Shown here: positions 24,803 to 36,983 of the stretch, in pieces
How the letters are laid out: each line of letters begins with the position of its first letter
How positions within the stretch are numbered: position 1 is the first letter of the stretch
NCBI GenBank assembly: GCA_030295235.1
Contig: AP026154.1
Location: 186,001-250,000, forward strand
Reading direction: 5' to 3'
Length of the DNA stretch: 64,000 nucleotides
DNA from: Fistulifera solaris
Lineage: Eukaryota
The notes under the pieces: generated by a model
What the model saw: the letters and a program-made list of their open reading frames with translations, nothing else
Databases searched by the model: none
What the model was told of the DNA's origin: nothing
Position numbers and translations under genes: made by a program

Positions 24803-27026
24803 TTATGCACGCTCTTCATCCGCTGGATTTCCATCGTCATCGAGTATGGAGACGTTATCAACGAGATCTTTGAGTAGGCTGACTTCTTCTTTGATTTCAT
24901 TCCATTCGGCTTGAGACAAGGGACGCCCATCGGCACTAAGAGTGAAAAAGATCATCAGTTGTTCAATTGCATTGCACCGCTCACTAGCTCAATTCTTCTT
25001 ACCTGTTGTTCAACGTACTTTTCAGCAAGGTACTAACGCTAAAGATTTTTCTTTCAACAACTCCCGGAAGTGGATCACCCGCTTGAAGTGTTAGCGAGTT
25101 CGTCACCGACGAAGTACCAGTAGTAATACCAGAAACTGGACTAGAAAGAGTCGATACCTTAGACTCGGATGAGTCGCTTCTAGAACCAAGAAGGCGGCTC
25201 ATCACAACTTTCCCGCCGAATAACACTCGTCCCACTTTAGGCCATATCAGCAGAATCAAGGTTATCATTGCAAGTCCATAATATACCAGCGCGGAGAGAA
25301 TAACAACCACATCCGGCGTCACTGTTGGCTCGTCCAGCAACCGCCCCAACGCAACCGACATGGCACTAATGATGGCCCCACAACTTGCTGCATTAAATAT
25401 TTGGTCCTTTTCATTGAATGCCGAAGGCAGATCGCGCGAGAACCACGCCATGAGCACGGTCGCAAAAAAAAGAAAAACACGTCCATAGGTACGTCACGAA
25501 TAAAAAGTACAAAGGCTTGCCTTCACAAACGACACGTCCCACGATATCGTGATCGTCCAATTGAGTAATTAGCGAATCGTCAAAGATGAAGCTTCCCACT
25601 ATCTGTAAACAAGCTTGGGGTAATATGAGTATGCAAATCAAAAGAAGGTTTCTTGAGCGGTGACTGTCCGGCGCAGCGACTGGGAGCTTTGACGACGTCC
25701 CGCCTTGTCTTGAACCAAGCAACCGGACAAGGACGCCAAACAATCCAGTGCAGAAACCACATATCGCTCTCCCTTTGGCTTTTCTTTAAACTTTCCGAGT
25801 GTATTGACGGCGGATAGAGTGCTGTAATACGCCATATCCTTCCCACCAAGATTGCTCCTATGGCCGATAATAAAGTTTGGAGCAACGGGAAGGATATGCG
25901 GCAGAACGCATCGCGAGTGGGTAGTACAGTGAAGGTGAAAAACATTTGCAAGAAGCAGACCAAGGTCAAAAGAGCCAGTAAATTCCCTTGTGCCAGCAGC
26001 ATGACTGGATGCTTCTGATGATACACAATTACTCCAAAACAAAACATCGCGACAGCACTTCCCAAACCGACTACCACGCAGAGAAATATTTTTGTCGACT
26101 TTGTTACAGATAATATTTCTGGCTGTGGTTGCACGTACAATACTCGATCCGGAATTGTTTGTGCAATGTCGATGCGACGAGCGGTGCTTGTTTCCAAATC
26201 ATTCGACGCGACCAGCACTTGGGCAATGACAAAGAAAGCCCGCGGTCGTTTGTGTTTTCGCTTCCACGAAGGACAAGTCACTTTCAAGTTGACGGAACTC
26301 GTGATGGTTCCGTTGCCGTACGTCTCCACTTTCACCTTGGCCCAGGGCGTATACACAAAGACGAAATCGTCGGTACTTGGGATACCGTCCAAAACTTCCC
26401 CTTGATACATGGTACTATGATTCGCGCTTTCCGATGTATGATTGTTACCCCGAATATCTTGTAAAGGATTACAAAAGCCTGTTTGTACGGCATCACACCA
26501 CAATAACCGAAAATGGACGTGCTCGACGGGGACAAAGGCCGCATTGAAGGACACCGCGGGGACATACATACTCATATTCATACTAACGGTGTAAACTTGA
26601 TTCCAAAACATGGTCGGCTGATCCTCTACTTCCACCAGAGTATCACGACTTTTCAGATTTCCCACAAGCAAATCGGTTCCTTCGTAACAGGTCGGTAGCA
26701 ACGTAGCCGTACCCACGCCGTCAAAGAGTTGTTGATCTAAGTAATCCATCTCGAGGAGATCCGAACGGCTGCCATTGAAAGGAAACGACGATTCGAAACA
26801 CAAGGCATCATCGCCTCCTTTATCGTAACCATTCATAGTACCAAATACAGGAGTCTGGGCCGCGTCAACGACCACAAAGTCGACCGGGCCGGTCAATGCC
26901 GTATCATCCTTTTGCTCCGGAAAGAGCCCTTCGAGTACTTGCAGCTCCCTGTCTGCTCCCCCGATTGCCGCGTAGGTATAACAAAAACGCGCATATTCGA
27001 ACTATGGTGTTTAAGTAATGATTCAT
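24803..27026 (-). CDS. Family-C-like (7tm_3) GPCR with an uncharacterised extracellular domain
   Basis: HPVMLLAQGNLL after TM1; LVGRIWR; RDLPSAFNEKDQIF; several hydrophobic helices. Frameshifts plus a 3' intron (~24938-25002). Confidence 0.75.
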
Positions 27027-27591
27027 ACTTAAAAGAATGAAAGCGAAGTTAATGTAAATATCATGATACATCTTCTGACGACACGTGTATTTGCGTGTGG
27101 AAGAAGCAGGGCAGTGTCGTTTTTATCACGATGCCGGGGCAGTTTTTGGGTTTAACTGTTTGGGTGCCACAAGAATGCTTTAATTATAGAAACGAAAAGT
27201 CGAACACGAAACACGATACATTTAGTCACGTGACAATGGATGCCGTTGTCATCTTATCACATCCACGCGTGGCAAAGAACAAAGGGCGCCTACAGATTGA
27301 CTATCGACGTTGAGTTTCCGTATCCGTTGGAGTACCACATGGCACACGGTCACGAAGTACCGGTACGAAGTAAGAAGCAGGAAGCAAAAGCTGCGTCAGA
27401 TTGTCGCAGTGTCTCAAAGTAAGACAGTGACGAGGCGATAATTAGTACAGTTTCTATCCACACAGAACCGCACAACACGCCAATGGTCGATAAGAAAACA
27501 ATCATCGGCGCACCGTTGTTGGTAAAACGGCGAAGGTATATTGTCGTCCATCGGATAACAACCAGCTTCGACTTTGCATCTTATCATCAGA

Positions 27592-28557
27592 ATGAAGTTT
27601 TCACTATCACTATTGTGCCTTCTCCCCTCCACCAGTGCATTCATCTTGCCACAGGCGGAGAAAGTCTCTACAACATCCCTATGGGGTCGCAAGCCCTTCA
27701 TTTCGGGGAACTGGAAGCTCAATCCGCAAACGCGTGACGAAGCGGTGAAATTAGCCGCCGATATTGCCGCTACTGTCACTCCCGAAAGCCCCGATGCGGA
27801 TGTTGCGTTGTTTGTGCCATACGTTTTCATTGAAGCCGCACAAAAGTCGGCTGGAGACAGGCTATTTGTTGGAGCAGAAGTAAGTCAATTGTGACGACCA
27901 ATCGATTGTCGGCACATATCTTTAAATTAGATTGTTTGTCGTCAAACATTCAGAATTATTGCTGACTTTGTTCTTTTTTCGAACGATTAGGGCGTCTGCC
28001 CCGAAATCAAAGGCGCCTTTACCGGTGCTGTCTCAGCTACCATGTTGAAGTCACTAGGCGTGCAATGGGCCTTGGCCGGTCACTCCGAACGCCGTGTCAT
28101 TTTTGGAGAAAGCGATGAATACATCAACGGCCAGTGCCTAAAACTGATCGAACAGGGTATGTCTGTTATGTTGTGCATTGGTGAAAGTGAGGCTGAATAC
28201 GAGCAGAACTTGGCGGGCCCCGTCTGTGCCGTCCAATTGCGCAAAGGCTTGGCCGGCATCACGGCCGAACAAATGAGCCGGGTCGCCATTGCCTACGAAC
28301 CCGTTTGGGCCATCGGAACGGGTAAAGTTGCTACTCCGGAAATTGCTCAGTCCGTTCATGCTACCTGCCGCGGTATTTTGAGGGATATGTACGGCGATGC
28401 GATCGCCGACCAAACTCGCATCTTGTACGGAGGAAGTGTCACACCGGAGAGTGTTGATGGACTCATGGCACAGCCCGACATTGATGGCGCCTTGGTGGGT
28501 GGTGCTTCGCTCGATGCTGCCAAATTTGGTCGCATCATCAACTTTCAGACGGCTTAA
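27592..28557 (+). CDS. TPI: Triosephosphate isomerase, plastid-targeted
   Basis: GNWK, GHSERR, AYEPVWAIGTG, YGGSV, DGALVGGASL; presequence ending TSA-F; intron 27880-27990. Confidence 0.97.
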
Positions 28558-28797
28558 GTAGTACGCGCCTATACGGGCAGGACATTAGGTTTTACTATTC
28601 ACTTCGCGTTTTTCTCTGTGTGATGCTGTTGTTTGTTTTGTTTTCGTTGTTAAAATGTTCAAATGGAAATGGTACCAGGTACGGATTGAAGAAATAATAT
28701 TCGGGTGGTCCTTGAAAAATTGCTGCTATTCTTTTTAAAAATGCATATAAATATTGCGTCAGGTTATTCGCATCTGAAACATACAAAGAGTTCGGAA

Positions 28798-29382
28798 TCA
28801 ATCGACTATATCCGACAGGATCTGAAGGACATCTGAGTCAATAGAGATACATCGTTCCCCTGTTCCTTTAAGCAGTGGCTCATGTTCCGGGGTGAAGAAA
28901 GGAATATGATAATCTTCCCCGAGAATCTCGGACAGGTCCGAGTCCGTATTGTCCGAGTCGGTTTGTTGAATATGAGCGAGAAGACGTCTTTGAATTTGCA
29001 GAAAATATTCAAAACTGCGTTCTTCGCGAGGCATTTTGTTATTGTGTTTCTTGACGGGTACATTGCAACACCGCAAGGCGTGACTGATCTTTTCATTCGT
29101 TTGCAATTCATCCATAAATTCCATCAAATCTCCGCTTCCAGGCCTCAAAAACTGTCCGCCCTCATCCATAATTGCTTTGCGTATGTAAGAAATGTACTTG
29201 GACTTTTCGTCCCGCCGAGCGGATTGATACGCCGCGCGGTACTTCCGTACGAGCAAACGAAAGGTGGCGTTCCCCGGATGATTGAACGCGAACTTCATTT
29301 TGCTGCATATCACATCACTTTTTCGGACTTGTCTTCGAGAGATGGAAGTATTTGCGGTGGTTGGTAACGAGTGAGCTGCCAT
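28798..29382 (-). CDS. DUF6824-like diatom protein
   Basis: DVIC....FNHPGNATFRLLV...Y....K...I..GGQFL...EKISHALR pattern. Confidence 0.75.
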   Translation of the reverse strand: MAAHSLPTTANTSISRRQVRKSDVICSKMKFAFNHPGNATFRLLVRKYRAAYQSARRDEKSKYISYIRKAIMDEGGQFLRPGSGDLMEFMDELQTNEKISHALRCCNVPVKKHNNKMPREERSFEYFLQIQRRLLAHIQQTDSDNTDSDLSEILGEDYHIPFFTPEHEPLLKGTGERCISIDSDVLQILSDIVD

Positions 29383-29841
29383 TATTATCGTTGTGGGTTG
29401 ATGGAAATGAAACTGATTTTGTGACGAGAAAAACCTCATTCGGTCCAACCAGAATCACGACTCATCGATCGTGGACCCAGACCTGTTGCAAAAACGGTAT
29501 TGAACACGAGCAAAACAGTTAGGTCGCTGTGGGAAAGATATGTACGGTTTGACTGAGAGTGGTGAGTCTCCGAGTCGTAGCGGGAAGGACAACGGACGGA
29601 GTGTCTTGAAACAGAATTCTTAACCCTACACGTATTGGAGTTAGAGATTCGATCGAAAACACGGCTCAGCGTCGTGATTCATTAACCGGGACTTACAGAC
29701 CGAACCCGGAGGCCTCCTCGGCGAATGATTTAATGAATGAAGGTTTTGCCAGTACGATTTTGGATCATCGCGCCCTTTCAATGACAGGAATACTCAAGAA
29801 TGTAAACAAGAAACCCTTTATCTATCCCTTCAAACAATAGA

Positions 29842-31305
29842 ATGACCGAAGATGAGTATGTTCCGCCACAGACACACTACATTCCACGTTGCATGCAATA
29901 CGACAATCTTCATGCCAGCGGCTTAGCAATGGATATATCCGCGCGAGCCACCATCACAATGAGCTCGCTCTTTTTAGGACCAGCTTTACTCGCGTTAGCC
30001 GATCAGGAAGTAGCCGCATGTGGTGATTTGTGTCATGGAAGAGTCTACGGCTTTCGTCCGACGTCTCTTCTGACCAATATTGCCACCATATCGTCCCTAC
30101 TCGTTTCCGTGATACTTCCTTTGGTGGGCGCGGTGGTAGATCATTCGCCCTACCGCAAACAAGTGGGGGCTTCTACAGCTGCTGGTATGGTTGTTTGTAA
30201 AATGATTGAGTTTTCCGTGGGTCCATCGACCTGGTTTTTTGTTTCCGTCTTGCAAATTGTTTTTCTGGTGTTGTTTAGCTTTCATATGACCGCCATTTAT
30301 GCTTACACCGCGGACCTGTCAGCGGATGTTTCCAAACAAACCTGGTACAACACGTCGTTTTATGTTCTCATGTACGCATCAACACTCCTCTTCTTGGCAA
30401 CGGTTCTATCTATAGTGAGTTGGAAGAATCTCGATAATGTCGGGACGGCGCGAGTATCCCTTGCCTTGACTTCTATCATTTCGATCATTTGCTTCTCCTT
30501 TGCGTGGACTCATTTGTTCACCGATCGCGCACCCTTACGAGCCGTACCTCCCGGAATGACGTTATGGACATGCGGATTTCTGAAAGTATGGAATACCACC
30601 CAGCGCATCGCCACTCATTATCCAGCTCTGGTGTGGCTCATGATCGCCATTGCCTTTGGTGAGGCAGCGGCGTCGGCTTTAATTGCCACTTCTACTACTT
30701 ACATGGCTAGTGTTTTGAAAATGGAAGGGAGCGAAGTTGGAATTGTATTTTTTACGGTTCTGGTATGCGGTATTCCGGGCAGTAAAATGGCGGATCTCTT
30801 GGCTTCCCGAAAGTGGTCGCCCACGCACAGCCTTTTGATTTGTAACGGTCTTTTCATCTGTGCCACAATACTAGCATCCCTTGTGTTGAGGGGACCGGAG
30901 GATAAGAACAAAGTATATTTATTTGCGTCCGCCTGGGGTGTCGGCTTGGGTTGGCTCCATCCCGTCGAGTTATCAGCTTTCATTTCTTTGGTCGAAAAGG
31001 GTCAAGAAGCGGAAATGATGGGGATCTTTCTCTTGGTGGGACAAGTTTTGACTTGGCTTCCTCCCTTAATTTTTACAGTACTAAGTGAAAGCGGCGTTTC
31101 ACTGGGCGTTGGATTGGGATCTTTGGCCGTATTCTTTTTCTGCGCCGTATTGGCACTTTGCGGCATGGGAAATTATGAGGCAGCACTGCGCACGCTAACG
31201 GAACGACAAAATGAAGAACAAATACATGGATCCGAACTACCATCCTATGATGCGCTGGCTGTGGAATCTGAAGACATACCAGTCTCGTTTGCACATTTCA
31301 CATGA
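29842..31305 (+). CDS. MFS transporter (ATG22/UMF1-like)
   Basis: Intact 487-aa ORF with ~12 TM segments; PLVGAVVDHSPYRK; GQEAEMMG. Confidence 0.8.
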   Translation: MTEDEYVPPQTHYIPRCMQYDNLHASGLAMDISARATITMSSLFLGPALLALADQEVAACGDLCHGRVYGFRPTSLLTNIATISSLLVSVILPLVGAVVDHSPYRKQVGASTAAGMVVCKMIEFSVGPSTWFFVSVLQIVFLVLFSFHMTAIYAYTADLSADVSKQTWYNTSFYVLMYASTLLFLATVLSIVSWKNLDNVGTARVSLALTSIISIICFSFAWTHLFTDRAPLRAVPPGMTLWTCGFLKVWNTTQRIATHYPALVWLMIAIAFGEAAASALIATSTTYMASVLKMEGSEVGIVFFTVLVCGIPGSKMADLLASRKWSPTHSLLICNGLFICATILASLVLRGPEDKNKVYLFASAWGVGLGWLHPVELSAFISLVEKGQEAEMMGIFLLVGQVLTWLPPLIFTVLSESGVSLGVGLGSLAVFFFCAVLALCGMGNYEAALRTLTERQNEEQIHGSELPSYDALAVESEDIPVSFAHFT

Positions 31306-31411
31306 CATACCTGTACAATAAACATGGTCAAATAGTTAATCATATTTTAAAAGTGGCTGCTTCAACACTATGGGCCTTGTAAATGAATAAATATATTATG
31401 TTTGCGTGTGA

Positions 31412-32441
31412 TCAAAAGTCATCCAATTCGGTAGAAACGAGTCCACGATGCACCACCCGATTTGATCGTCGAGTATTGGACTCCTCCACTTCTTCTTCAT
31501 CTTTGGATGGCTTGTATTGAATAGCACCAACACTCGCCAACCACCGTTGCAATGCCGATGTCTTCCAAGCATCCGGATCATTAGTAGGCGACGTTAAACC
31601 TTCAAAACCAATCAATCGTGCCACCGATTTACCTTCTCGAAAGACCATCACGGTTGGGAGTGTTCGTACTTGTAATTTAGTGACAAAGAAAGGTGCTTTG
31701 GCGGTATCGAGTCGTAGTATTTTACACGACGTATGCAGCGGCGCAATTATGTTTAAGTGATGATCCATGACTTTGCAGCGTTCGTAATCGTTGTGATAGA
31801 AATGTACCACGACCCATTCCGACTGTCCCGTACATTCGGTTAAAAATTCCTGCTCGACAATGGTTCTGACTTGTCCGTGTCCCAAAAGCCAACTCTTGGG
31901 CCTTTTGTTGATGCGCCTGTTTCATTTCTTGTAATCGTTTCTGTCGCATGGCTTCCCAAACGGGATCATCCCCTTGGTCGCTGTCCCAATCATCGTCATC
32001 GTCAACGTCGCTTTGATCCATCGCGTTTTTCACGGCAATGTTCGAAGTGAATTGTTGTTGTTGTTGCTGCTGCTGCTGCTGCTGCTGATTCATTGGTTGT
32101 TGATACGCATAACCCGTCGGTGCTCGATCTGGATCGTCGATAAATTGTCGACCCTGTGCATGACGAATTTGCAATTCTCGCATGGCCTTGTTGACGCGTG
32201 TATCGACATTTTCATTTAATTCTTCTCGGGCCTGTTTGGTCTCTTCTTTCTAACATTCATCAAGAAGGACGATTATTACAGAAAGAATTAGAAATATGTG
32301 AAAAGTAGTCATCAAATGATGAACAATTTACACAGCAATGAGACGCACCAAACCTTGAAAAGGACGCATCATTGGGTCAAGGAGATCATTGGTGCCCACA
32401 AATTTCGAAGGCTTGGCTCCTGGTTGCTGTAATGAAGTCAT
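31412..32441 (-). CDS. Phosducin-like / thioredoxin-domain protein (TXNDC9/PhLP3-like)
   Basis: MRQKRLQEMK, GHGQ, VVVHFY, RCKVMDHHL, KAPFFVTKLQVRTLPT, IGFEGL; poly-Q tract. 5' intron and a frameshift near 31885. Confidence 0.85.
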
Positions 32442-32587
32442 TCTTATCTTTTTCTGAAAAGAATAAACAGTTAAAAAGATTGATGCAAGTCCTCTTGAAA
32501 GTAAAATGAAATACTTGGCTACGTAGTATCATCTATCTCATCTGTTAATCGACGAACCAATGCTAGCTCAGATGATCTGTGGAGGTG

Positions 32588-33140
32588 CCAGATTTTCTGG
32601 GGACGTCAAAACATGACTCCTCCAGATTTTCTGGGGACGTCAAAACATGACTCCCCCAGATTTTCTGGGCAGGTCAAAACACCACACTCCCAGATATTCT
32701 AAGAACGTCAAAACACCACACTCCCAGATTTTCTGGGCAGGTCAAAACATGACACTCCCAGATTTTCTGGGCAGGTCCAAACATGAAACTCCCAGACTTT
32801 CTGGGCAGGTCAAAACATGACACTCCCAGATTTTCTGGGCAAAATCAAAACATGACACTCCCAGATTTTCTGGGCACGTCAAAACATGACTCGCCCAGAT
32901 TTTCTGGGGACGTCAAAAATGACACTCCCAGATTTTCTGGGGACGTCAAAACATCACACTCCCAGATATTCTGGTCAAGTACTATTACCCAGTGTTCAAG
33001 TAGGTAGTAGAATTAATCGTTACATACAAAGTAGTCACACCAGTTTCCCCTTGACCAGTACCTCACCTACAGCTACACATACCCAGATTTTCTGGGTATG
33101 TGAAAACACTACATCCCCAGTTTTTCTTGCCACGTAAAAA
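32588..33140. repeat. Tandem array of 34-bp hairpin units (12 units plus 2 outliers)
   Basis: CCAGA(T/C)(T/A)TTCT cores at 32588, 32622, 32656, 32690, 32724, 32758, 32792, 32826, 32861, 32895, 32928 and 32962. Outliers at 33083 and ~33117. Confidence 0.95.
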
Positions 33141-33243
33141 TAAGGTGTGCGGAGTATATGCACTTCCTTTTCTCCTTCATTTTATCGATTGATCCAGCAA
33201 TATTAATAACCGGATTGACTGGATGTCATCAACACATCATTGA

Positions 33244-34527
33244 ATGACAGATAACGCTTCAGAGGAAGAACGGTGTTGCTATTGGAACAATGCCGGTCAA
33301 GCCCGTCTGAGCGCCGCCGTACAATTAGCGGGCGTTCGCAGCATCACAACGACTCCGCCCTCCGACGACCGTGATACAACGCGGATTCGTACTCTCTTTG
33401 CACAACTCCTTCATGCTGCTCCATCGGAGATTGCCATTGTACCGAGTACGGCATTCGCCATGACTTTGGCGGCGCGGAATATCGAGCGTTTGTATCCGGA
33501 AGGAGGAAAAATACTCATTCTGGAAGATCAATTCCCCTCGGCCGTGTATCCGTGGCAAGCCTTATGTCACGGTCCTTGCAACAACAGCAAATGGTCTCTG
33601 GAGATTGTACGGTACCCGGAAGCACATAAGAGGCAATCATCGGATTGGGTACACGTGCATTCATCGTCATCCCCACAAGAAAATTGGACGGAAGCGATCC
33701 TTACGCACTTGCAGCCGCCATCAACTCAGTCTTCCACGGAATCCGTTCGTGTCATTTGTGTACCGCCCTTGCATTGGAGTGGTATTGGTGGTTCCTGGAT
33801 TGATTTGCCCAAAATCAGTCAAGTCTGTCAGCAATACAACATACTACTCCTGGTGGATGCCACGCAAGCCATCGGGGTGACGCCCTTTCATATTCCACCA
33901 CTGTTACCGGCACTGGCCATAGTCACTTGTAGCAGTCACAAATGGCTAAGAGGACCTCCAGGAACGTGTTTGCTCTTTATTAATTCACGGTTGCATGACA
34001 CCTGGGAACCGCTCGATCAACATCACCGATCACGTCTTTTGCCAGCCGATTTCGTGCCATCCTCCGATTCACGCAATGAGATGAACATTCCGGAGGGGTA
34101 TTCGGCAAACTTTCTGGAGGATGCGCGGAAATTCGACGCGGGTGGAACACCGAACCCTATTTTGTTGCCCATGGTGCGGACGGCACTGGAAGAAGTCACC
34201 CAATTGTCCCTGACAAGGGTGCAAACGCAACTGAAGGATTTGTTACAACCCTTTTTGGTGTGGGCGCGGGAGCACGGTATTGCCTTGTCGACAGATTCAT
34301 CGGACGATGAGGATCGACGATTCTATCATATTATCTATCTGTCGTTCGACGACGACAAGACGCTCGAGGAAATCCAACAGCTCGAACACGATTTGAGGAC
34401 GCAATTCAATATACACACAGCGGTGCGTTGCGGGGGTTTGCGGATATCTCCCTATCTCGACACTACCCCGGAGGATGTACAACAGTTGATTTCCGGTCTC
34501 AATGAGTTACTGTTTACAAAAAACTAA
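33244..34527 (+). CDS. Class V PLP-dependent aminotransferase (cysteine desulfurase/selenocysteine lyase-like)
   Basis: YWNNAG, DQFPS, LVDATQAIG, CSSHKWLRGPPG (PLP Lys), LRISP. Confidence 0.88.
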   Translation: MTDNASEEERCCYWNNAGQARLSAAVQLAGVRSITTTPPSDDRDTTRIRTLFAQLLHAAPSEIAIVPSTAFAMTLAARNIERLYPEGGKILILEDQFPSAVYPWQALCHGPCNNSKWSLEIVRYPEAHKRQSSDWVHVHSSSSPQENWTEAILTHLQPPSTQSSTESVRVICVPPLHWSGIGGSWIDLPKISQVCQQYNILLLVDATQAIGVTPFHIPPLLPALAIVTCSSHKWLRGPPGTCLLFINSRLHDTWEPLDQHHRSRLLPADFVPSSDSRNEMNIPEGYSANFLEDARKFDAGGTPNPILLPMVRTALEEVTQLSLTRVQTQLKDLLQPFLVWAREHGIALSTDSSDDEDRRFYHIIYLSFDDDKTLEEIQQLEHDLRTQFNIHTAVRCGGLRISPYLDTTPEDVQQLISGLNELLFTKN

Positions 34528-34556
34528 ATGTAAATAGATAGCTTTTTGCTGTTTGA

Positions 34557-35342
34557 TTAGGAAGATAGTTGCGTCACAAAATCGGCTTCATTGATCGGTT
34601 TGAGTGCGACACTTTCATCTAAACCCCGTCGACGGACGTCATCCAGTTCATCGACGTGTAAATAATGCCCCGTAACGTTGGTTCGTAGTAAGAGCATCAA
34701 TCCATCTTTAATCGATTCGGCCGATCGTACACCGGGACGTCCCGGAGCTTTGGGGAACGAAATGGTATCCACCATGCCTGGACTGATCGAATTCACGATC
34801 GCCACATCTTTTAACTCTTCCGCCCACGATGCCGTCAAACCTTCCAACGCGTGCTTGCTCGCCACATAGAACGAGAAATTGGGCAAACCAACTTTACCAG
34901 CTTTGCTCGAAATATTAATGATTCGCGTCGGTTGGGCCTGTTGTAGAACGGCTTTCGTCACTCGATGAACGGCTACAACGTTGAGATTCAGAACCTGCAT
35001 AAAATCTTCCGAATCTAATTCTTCCAGTGGAGCTTTCCCGGCTTGACTACCTCCCGCATTGTTGATTAGTATATCTATACCTCCCCATTTTGCCACCACT
35101 TGGCGAACCATGTCTTCGACTTGCGCCGCGTCGGTCACATCCGCGACATGAATCAACACTCGCTCATTTGTTTGCAACATCGACGCCGTTTCGTGCAATT
35201 GCGCTTCCGTACGTGCGGCGAGTGCCACAGACGCACCTTCCGCATGACAAATGTGTGCGATCGCTCGTCCGATCCCGCGACCAGCCCCCGTAATCAGAAC
35301 GCGTTGCCCCTGTAACAACATGCCGAATGATTGTCCCGTCAC
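34557..35342 (-). CDS. Short-chain dehydrogenase/reductase
   Basis: TGAGRGIG, NNAG, NISS, YVASK. True start uncertain (ATG at 35321, or at 35404 via a frameshift). Confidence 0.93.
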   Translation of the reverse strand: MTGQSFGMLLQGQRVLITGAGRGIGRAIAHICHAEGASVALAARTEAQLHETASMLQTNERVLIHVADVTDAAQVEDMVRQVVAKWGGIDILINNAGGSQAGKAPLEELDSEDFMQVLNLNVVAVHRVTKAVLQQAQPTRIINISSKAGKVGLPNFSFYVASKHALEGLTASWAEELKDVAIVNSISPGMVDTISFPKAPGRPGVRSAESIKDGLMLLLRTNVTGHYLHVDELDDVRRRGLDESVALKPINEADFVTQLSS

Positions 35343-36983
35343 ACAAACAACAACAACAACAACAACAAAAGAAGTCTCCGCAACACGGAGGGTCGTGTTG
35401 GCATAATATCACAGCATGAAGTGAGGTGTTCACTCTATCTCTCGAATATGATGGAAAGAAGAGGAACGCTTGAAGAGAGTGGGATAGTTAAAAATTTCAA
35501 GTGGGTGGAATGTTTTTAGAATGGGGGCGGCGTGAGGCGCAAGCGCCATCACACCTGGTCAAAAATTATTGACAAACTCAATGCTAGTGCACTGAGTAGT
35601 GTAGCATCACGTACAAGCTGGTTGAAACCGTGAACTGCTCAGCTCCACTACACATGCATAGTCCTTCATGATCGACTACAGCACTGTCAAAGGTAAGTAT
35701 GCTTCGACAGTGAAACACGAAGAAAAAGCACAATGCCGTACGGTTAGAGAGATTATGCGGAGCACGTCTAAGAGTCAGTTGTCAAGGAAAAGAGTACTTT
35801 GCTGCCTATTCTCTTTAAGATTGGAGTCACGGATTTGATTCACTTTTTCTCTAGAAAAACATTTGACAAAATCCTCTGGCTCGAATCAACTTTGTTGAAA
35901 TATGTCCTATTATGCGTTCAAGGTTGCCTTCATCCTTCTCTGGATTATTTGACTAACGTCTCAACTAATAAGAGCAACCCTCTTGGAACGCAAGCTCGTG
36001 AAGGGGCAGCAATGCGAGTTTAGATGTTGTTTATGTTGGGTTGGGTGATTTGTTTATTGTGGGGGGAAGATGTTGATCAACATTCATCCCCGGTTGTACT
36101 GATTGTTTTTGGTTTTTTTGGTGTACTTATGATTCATAGGAAGGAAAAACCACAGTGTCGAGGGAAACGATTCACGGCAGCGGAGCATCGCTGTCCTGTT
36201 CGGTGAACATTGGATTTCTTGAAGCCCTCATTCAAAAATCGCTCTTCAAGCCTATGATTGACTCGTGGGTTTGGGATGATGGTTGTGTGGGGTGTAGCGG
36301 GGGATGATGTTGATCCACATCCATCCTGGTGGAACTTAAATTTTTGGTTTGTATGTAATTAGTGTACTTTCCGTCAGTCGAACAGAACAACCATAGCTTT
36401 GAGGGACTCACTTTACGGCACTGGAGCACCGCTATGCTGTCGAAAAACCTACTTCGCTTTTACTTTCAAAACTATACTCCGCCACAAAAATGATCGCCAT
36501 ACGAACTGCTTTGCACTCGGATATCTTCGGAACGTTAAAACAGCACGCGGCGCTGTCACGCATTGGTACCCAGCGCGTGTTCTGGTTTCTGACGAAGGTA
36601 TAGAACCGATAAAAGTACCTGTTATACGTTCTTGCCTGGTAAACCTTAGCTCGTGGTTTTGAGGTTGTGTGGGTAGGGGATGATGTGAAGTGAGAAGCTT
36701 TGCAATTTCACACTTATCACTTTTATGAATTCAGTCGCTCTGCGAAGCATTGCTACGTTGTCGAAGTATTTAGCTCTAATGGTTTACTTTGAAGACTACT
36801 CCGGGGTATACGCTACTTCAAAGACGACTGACTGGACGCAGTCACGCATCTACGACCCCGAAAAAATGACGAGGGTTGCTTTTTTTTGTCACGTTGAGGC
36901 GTCTTCATTACAACTTTCGTCCGTGTAATATTGTCTTTTTTGGTGAATCAAAACGTTGCATTGATCGACTGCATCACAGCGGC

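Noticed and set aside
32588..32975. CRISPR array
   Set aside because: The inter-core sequences are near-identical rather than unique spacers, the period is only 34 bp, there are no cas genes, and the context is eukaryotic.
32783..33137. Repetitive ORFs (PDFLG / PRFSG)
   Set aside because: Translation artefacts of the 34-bp DNA repeat.
33244..35342. Aminotransferase plus SDR as a metabolic cluster
   Set aside because: They are convergent generic enzymes with nothing in the sequence linking them.
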